Part shown: positions 48,401 to 52,762 of the stretch, one piece after another
Position numbering within the stretch: the stretch's first letter is position 1
Layout of the letters: the number at the start of each line of letters is the position of its first letter
Origin: Candidatus Sumerlaeales bacterium
GTDB taxonomy: Bacteria > Sumerlaeota > Sumerlaeia > Sumerlaeales > Sumerlaeaceae
Direction of reading: 5' to 3'
Assembly (NCBI GenBank): GCA_038243585.1
Contig: JBBSQY010000020.1
Span: 1-52,762 of the forward strand
DNA length: 52,762 nt
The notes under the pieces: model-generated
Told to the model about the DNA's origin: nothing
Databases searched by the model: none
Seen by the model: the letters and a program-made list of their open reading frames with translations, nothing else
Position numbers and translations under genes: made by a program

Positions 48401-49330
48401 CGCGACATGGATGCAACAATTTCTCCGTACGTGACATTTGGGCCTGAAAGAGAAGGGTCTGGCTCTGGCTTTAATGAAAGAATCCCAGAAGAGCACTTTA
48501 TGGATTTCTTAATTGAGCCGTCTACTGCTTTTAGCAACGGGTGGATTAATCCTCGCACATGGCAGGGCACCTTTACTTTCACACCGACCACAACCAGTGG
48601 AACACATTACCTGCGCATCATCGGCGGTCGGGCGGCAGATGATCATTGGCTTGTTTGTGGTGATGATCAAGGGCGATTTAGCTTTGAAGTTGTAACCGCA
48701 GGGATCGAAGCGATGCAACTGCAGGCGACAGGCGGAGCCGGCAAAGTTGATCTGGCCTGGACGCAGGATGATTTTGACCTGCTGGCCGGCTACAACCTTT
48801 ATCGTTCAAACACACCCAGCGGCACTTATCTGCGGGTCAACAACACTGTAATTCCTCCCCAGACGTCAGCTTACTCAGATACTACGGTGGCGCCTGGCCA
48901 GACTTTTTCATACAAATTTACTATTGTGAAAACTGACTTTACAGAATCAAACCCATCCGCCATAGCCTCCGCTACCGCGCTGGACAATGTTCCGCCGGTA
49001 GTCAATCACAATCCGGTCGTCACAAGTCCGCCAAATCAGTCACGCACTATTCAGGCTACGGTTACAGATAACATTTCCGTGCAGGCCGTAACGCTGTTTC
49101 ATCGTAAAGACAGCAGTGAAGCCTGGCAGTCCAGGAACATGATTAAAAACACAACCAACAATTCTTGGTCCGTAAATTTGGTGGGTTCGGTCATGGCGCA
49201 GCCGGGCATCTATTATTATATCTCGGCTACCGATGGTGTGAACACCAGCTCAGCGGGTACTGAAACCAGTCCGTTCTTCATTGCTATAGGAGAGAACTCC
49301 GCAATTATCGCTTGGCCTTGGTATTACTGA
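45434..49330 (+). CDS. large exported S8 subtilisin-like serine peptidase with C-terminal beta-rich/Fn3-like domains
   Basis: Signal peptide, prodomain, VAVIDTG (D), HGHGTHVAG (H), GAAGN, GTSMAAP (S), LAGYNLYRS Fn3-like segment. Confidence 0.93.
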   Translation: MRFSQFALLAFTALTATVIGQEFDPIQQLTMPGGRVRHAYDPFAAPQVSALPGVRGKANPGGAAKSPEVDWQSVTTASVRAHGAIASGVGARGAVTAHEPQVLRASDSGDFVAGELIVKLKDGVTVNSPGAARGVSTTNPALDAILQRAGSTQFEPVFKNPKRPARGARSVATGRPEPDLTRWYKLSGIDAATPMTSLTEELDSNPDVAWYEPNYIRRPAVNDLPTTVTDPKMADQWHLQATQVPEAWAYLKSKGLNPGGSPDVVVAVIDTGIDYNHPDLSANIWTNSGEIPANGIDDDNNGYTDDVHGINAVANTGNPIDDHGHGTHVAGIIAAQAGNNEGGVGVAYNSRVMSIKAARNSGILTVSDIVEGINYAVAQGVDVINMSYGGYSRSQLEEDTLAFASDYAVLVGAAGNDGKPNMSGCVGGADMFPAAYSVVLGVMAETETGELAPFSNFDCIPSDAHEYEVMAPGIDIVSTLPGGQYASWDGTSMAAPVVSGIAALVRSQYPDKDAYPASFISGQIASTSELNGLYKSVDANTAMTSSPKPRLEYAGHYIMDKPSLSPINDNDGIVDAGETVDVALVLRNHWGTAENVNVNVRAWDGVSAADDPYATIAIGDINYGTIDSFDYADNGIVTDAQGVITDITQPFRITLDPTTPNDYVLPLHITMTSENGLDTADTEMHIGTGSFDFVVQRGRELPQIIDVSTTLTKDYFWKVSQPTLVKSGVTLSMTSGTQVSFKSTIRVEEGARIVVQGAEENPVDFLENVYIQNNGVLDLLYARLHRASIQYDYSRPDTSELYVDHGLFYADGEQTLRIEPTTFNHSIVSGTAGDNIAYYLKDANVFLFSSKLHYYYLYNSLSTTYVDGTALLNGVFLSSFKTEFDVRGNQLSGNAFLPFYSYERPVLTIDSPNSVAGNYWGTTSTEQILSKVSGLTDEFGQQKLTFQPILDIPSSATFPFAYSVDISTESSANASQVGSEITTFTIKYNRDMDATISPYVTFGPEREGSGSGFNERIPEEHFMDFLIEPSTAFSNGWINPRTWQGTFTFTPTTTSGTHYLRIIGGRAADDHWLVCGDDQGRFSFEVVTAGIEAMQLQATGGAGKVDLAWTQDDFDLLAGYNLYRSNTPSGTYLRVNNTVIPPQTSAYSDTTVAPGQTFSYKFTIVKTDFTESNPSAIASATALDNVPPVVNHNPVVTSPPNQSRTIQATVTDNISVQAVTLFHRKDSSEAWQSRNMIKNTTNNSWSVNLVGSVMAQPGIYYYISATDGVNTSSAGTETSPFFIAIGENSAIIAWPWYY

Positions 49331-49359
49331 TTAGACTAATGTCAAACCGCAGGTACCTC

Positions 49360-49460
49360 TGCGACCCTTTCAAGGCCGAATGGAATTTGATAACAAACCC
49401 CGGGCTGCGTCGCTCCGCTCCTGACCCGGGGTTACCCATCTTTTACCCCTCCGGCGCCCC
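49360..49460. repeat. intergenic stem-loop element
   Basis: AACCCCGGG (49396-49404) pairs with CCCGGGGTT (49425-49433); lies between convergent genes; single copy in this window. Confidence 0.5.
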
Positions 49461-49519
49461 TTGCTTTTTGTCAGAATTCGCCGTTTTACAAAACGTCTAA
49501 GAGGCTAAAGTTTGCGAAA

Positions 49520-50134
49520 CTACTGCCCGAAGTTCGCCGGTTCCAGATCGATCAGTTCCAGTCCCAGACCCTTTTCACCGATATAGTTTTCCGTTCGCGA
49601 GACCAGGTTAATTTCTTCCATTGCCAGCTTGAACGTCTCCTCGAAGAGCTCTGCGAACTCCGCCGCAGGCTTTGCGGCCTGGGCAGAAAAATAGACCTCG
49701 CCCGTCTCGTAGTTCCACATCATCTCATAAAATGTCGTGATGGGCGTGACGGCATTCAGCAGCTTATCTTTCGTTAATTCGCGAAGCTCGTTAAGCTCTT
49801 CTTTAGACAGCTTTCGTCCGTTGCGTTCGCTGCGTTTTGCGCGGACGGCTTCTGTTATCTGCGCTTTCAGCATGGGCATGGATACGTTTTTTTTGTCGCG
49901 GCGGATGCCCAGAAGAATGTACTTCCCCAGCACGACCTTTTCCACCGGAAGCTTCGCATCGAGTGGGTCAAATGGTTGCACCCACCCGATGGAATATTCT
50001 GGATTCGTTTGCGGATTTATCTCGCGAAAAGCAAACCTCGCCAGACTCTGCGCCAGGGTCTGTTGAAAATCCTTAGGAATGTCGTCAATGAGACGAAATT
50101 TCCGATACGTGAAGGTGCCGTTAAAGAGTCCCAT
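49520..50134 (-). CDS. RdgC-family (recombination-associated) protein, short form
   Basis: MGLFNGTFTYRKF, SIGWV, IRRDKK, RKLSKEEL, FAELFEETF pattern of short RdgC-like proteins. Confidence 0.75.
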   Translation of the reverse strand: MGLFNGTFTYRKFRLIDDIPKDFQQTLAQSLARFAFREINPQTNPEYSIGWVQPFDPLDAKLPVEKVVLGKYILLGIRRDKKNVSMPMLKAQITEAVRAKRSERNGRKLSKEELNELRELTKDKLLNAVTPITTFYEMMWNYETGEVYFSAQAAKPAAEFAELFEETFKLAMEEINLVSRTENYIGEKGLGLELIDLEPANFGQ

Positions 50135-50139
50135 GCCAG

Positions 50140-51525
50140 TTACTGTGCCGCCACGGGAGATGTCTGACTATCAGAGGTTTCTGCTGCTGGCGACGCCTCG
50201 GGCGTTGCTGCAGGGATTGGCGATCCCTGTGAGGTTGGCGCCGGAGTTACGGGCGGGGTCGCCACGGGAGTCGATGTTGCCGCCGGTGTAACAGCAGGCG
50301 TCTGAGCAGATATGGTCTCAGGCGCTGCGACTGCGCCGCCGGCCGGTTCTACGCTCAGTTGTTTTTCCGCAGCCACAAACTTACCGCCTTTGACCTGCGC
50401 CATTTGCACAGGGCGAAGGCAATCGCCCTCTTCGTCAAAGAAAGTCTGGCCGATGACACCAGCGTAAGCGGTCTCAGGAGAATCGACACCCTTCATGTAT
50501 TCAAGCACGGCTTCGCGGGTGTACCCGTTCTTTTTGATGCCTTCACAGACTATAGCTGTCGCATCATACGCAAGCGCAGACCAGGCGTCTGGTTCCGCGT
50601 TATACTTTTTCCGATATGCGTCCGCAAATTTCTGGGCCCGTTCTCCGCCTAGGTCGAAAAGGAAGGGGCATGACACAAAAGTCCCATCGGTCGGCGCGCC
50701 GCCCAGGGTTATGTATTCCTGAGAAAAAACGCCGTCGCCGGCGATAATCTGGGTTTGCATTCCAAGGTCGCGCGCCTGACGGGCGATGTTTGCGGCCTGG
50801 GTATAAAGTCCCGCGATTAACAGAATATCCGGAGCCGGCTGCATTCCCTGAATGGTGGTCAACTGGGAACGAAAATCCGGCGCGTTCTGGTTATAAGCCA
50901 GTTCTGTAATGACATTAAGCCCGACTTCAGCTGCTCGCGCCTTATAGCTGTCCTTCAGGCCGGTGCCGTAGTCATCGTTATCGAACATGATGGCGGCGTT
51001 CTTTTTACCAAGGATTTGCGCCGAATAGTCCGCCAGCGACTTACCTTGAAATGCATCTGTGAAAATATTGCGAAACACGAAATCGGTCTCTTTTGTGACT
51101 TCCACGTTTGTGCTGCCCGGGCTGAACATCACCATGCCAGCCTGGGAATAGATGCCTTTGCCCGCCAGCGAGCAGGAGCTATTATAATGACCAACGACAG
51201 CCAGCACAGAGTCATCGCTCGCCAGGGTGGTAGCCACAGTCTGGGCCTGCTCCGCCTTTCCGGCGTCATCCTGCATATTGAGCTTCAACATGCGTCCATT
51301 AATGCCACCTGCTTCATTAAGCTCTTCGGCAAATAGCTCCGCGCCCATTTTCAACTGAACGCCGAACTGGCTGCTGTCCCCCGTAAAAGGCGCTGCCAAT
51401 CCAACAACAAAATCTTCGCCGGCATCCCCGGCCGCTCCGTTCTTGCCACCGTCGCCCGCGCAACCAGCTATAAGACAAGACGAAATAACCGCAATTAAAC
51501 CTTTACCTGTTGAAAAAAAACGCAT
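50140..51525 (-). CDS. branched-chain amino acid ABC transporter substrate-binding lipoprotein (LivJ/K-like) with Pro/Thr/Ala tail
   Basis: IAGC lipobox, APFTG, GGING, VVGHYNS, DDYGTGL, AYDA. Confidence 0.9.
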   Translation of the reverse strand: MRFFSTGKGLIAVISSCLIAGCAGDGGKNGAAGDAGEDFVVGLAAPFTGDSSQFGVQLKMGAELFAEELNEAGGINGRMLKLNMQDDAGKAEQAQTVATTLASDDSVLAVVGHYNSSCSLAGKGIYSQAGMVMFSPGSTNVEVTKETDFVFRNIFTDAFQGKSLADYSAQILGKKNAAIMFDNDDYGTGLKDSYKARAAEVGLNVITELAYNQNAPDFRSQLTTIQGMQPAPDILLIAGLYTQAANIARQARDLGMQTQIIAGDGVFSQEYITLGGAPTDGTFVSCPFLFDLGGERAQKFADAYRKKYNAEPDAWSALAYDATAIVCEGIKKNGYTREAVLEYMKGVDSPETAYAGVIGQTFFDEEGDCLRPVQMAQVKGGKFVAAEKQLSVEPAGGAVAAPETISAQTPAVTPAATSTPVATPPVTPAPTSQGSPIPAATPEASPAAETSDSQTSPVAAQ

Positions 51526-51699
51526 AAATACTCCATTCTCTTGATTCGTGTAATACGAAATAAAAGTACATAGGCTTTATCCGCAGGACAACACTTTTTT
51601 CTCCTTGATCGTCCTTTACCGCCCGACGGTAGTTCTGCGTTCTTAATGCCGGAGGCGCTACCATTTGCGCCTGAATTTGAAAGGACATTAATACGCGCC

Positions 51700-52762
51700 A
51701 TGCCGCGACTGCTGATTATAAAAGGCCCCAACGTTGGGGTGACGTACGACTTGGGAGACAGAACCCGAATCGGGCGACTTGGAGAAAATGAAATCCAAGT
51801 CCCGGATTTGAACGTGTCTCGGATGCATTCCGAGATTATATGGGAAAACGACGCCCACGTCATCTATGATCGCGGCTCAAAAAACGGTATCCTGATTAAC
51901 GGCGAAGCCACCACCGAAAAAGCGCTTCAACCGGGTGACGAAATTGTCATTGGCGGCTGCACCTTTTTGTTTGATGGCGATATCAACATTCAGAATGCTC
52001 GCTTCTCCAATAACTCCGTTTACTTTCTTCCGGGAAATCCAGAAGTCGCCGGCCTGGCAAAGTCATCAGTAGGCACCGATAATCTTTCTGACGATGCTCG
52101 CATTCAAATAGATCAGCTCTCACACATTGCAAAAATCTTTGACGGCACCCCTGCGCCTTTGCCGGCCCTTGCAGAGCGTATATGTGAAGGTTTACAAAAC
52201 TATTTTAACGCGGATCACGCCGTACTATTTTTACGAGATACCCCCGAGGGAGAGCTGCGGCCTTTCGAGGCGACCCCACGGGATGCGCCTGTATGTGTAA
52301 ATGCCTGGCTTATAAACAAAGTAGCCCAGGAAAAACAACCTTTTACTCTGACGGAACTGCATAAAGCTCCCATCAGCTGTGGCTTGGAAGACCCAGACCC
52401 GAAGCCGGCAGACATCCCCCAGGGATCTGAGTATACCCCCAGCAATACACCTGCGCGGCGTAACCGGCAATTGGTTAACCGTAAAAAAGACGGCGAAGAT
52501 ATCGCCGTTTCTATGATCTGCGCCCCGCTAATTACCGAAGGTACCGTCAACGGCCTGCTTCAGATAAATCGCCAGCAGGAAGAGCCATTCTCTCTCCACG
52601 ATCTGGCGCTCCTCCAGTGCATGGCAGGCTTTGCGTCCATTTGTGTTCAAGCCGCCCGTGCCACAGATGCAGGCGGAGTATCCAAACCAGTAAACCTTGA
52701 GTTTGAACAACGCGCTGCCGCCAGCCGAAGCCTGCGAATGCAGGAAATCAGCAATTCGGCCC
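51700..52762 (+). CDS. FHA-GAF domain protein, truncated at the window edge (possibly a sigma54-dependent activator)
   Basis: Absent from the ORF track because it has no stop. My translation: MPRLLIIKGP…RIGR…VSRMHS…GSKNG (FHA), then SMICAPL…GLLQI…FSLHDL (GAF), ending SRSLRMQEI. Confidence 0.88.
   Translation, partial: MPRLLIIKGPNVGVTYDLGDRTRIGRLGENEIQVPDLNVSRMHSEIIWENDAHVIYDRGSKNGILINGEATTEKALQPGDEIVIGGCTFLFDGDINIQNARFSNNSVYFLPGNPEVAGLAKSSVGTDNLSDDARIQIDQLSHIAKIFDGTPAPLPALAERICEGLQNYFNADHAVLFLRDTPEGELRPFEATPRDAPVCVNAWLINKVAQEKQPFTLTELHKAPISCGLEDPDPKPADIPQGSEYTPSNTPARRNRQLVNRKKDGEDIAVSMICAPLITEGTVNGLLQINRQQEEPFSLHDLALLQCMAGFASICVQAARATDAGGVSKPVNLEFEQRAAASRSLRMQEISNSA

Noticed and set aside
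47550..48600. Diversity-generating retroelement target in the subtilase
   Set aside because: No reverse transcriptase or template/variable repeat pair seen in the window, and the segment is long and internal.

Overview
A 52.8-kb chromosomal window from a GC-rich, LPS-producing (kdsA) diderm bacterium. There are no rRNA, tRNA, CRISPR, phage or transposase genes. It mixes housekeeping genes (kdsA, fabG, pyk, rfbB, ogt, prmA, accB-accC, M16 peptidase, an orphan short atpC, RdgC-like) with many exported hydrolases (two EEP proteins, two esterases, GDSL, GH172/DUF2961, PhoD-like, sulfatase, GH106, a 1298-aa subtilase), a sugar ABC transporter, stress genes and signalling genes. Main observations: (1) an operon-like pair of small Cys/Pro-rich lipoproteins that both end in -EK (24461-25006), reminiscent of chlamydial OmcA and of Lpp; (2) a shared 10-residue C-terminal tail, S-[GA]-[VI]-x-x-W-x-x-Y-x-stop, on two unrelated exported proteins, a candidate sorting signal (from memory typical of Ca. 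Sumerlaeota/BRC1, unverified); (3) a doubly inactivated hipB-like gene that keeps two palindromic operators; (4) several GTAG REP-like repeat families, one bracketing the GH172 gene; (5) sigma54-type promoters on stress genes; (6) a low-GC segment inside the subtilase and local strand-skew anomalies. All product calls come from motif recognition by eye; no database searches were run.
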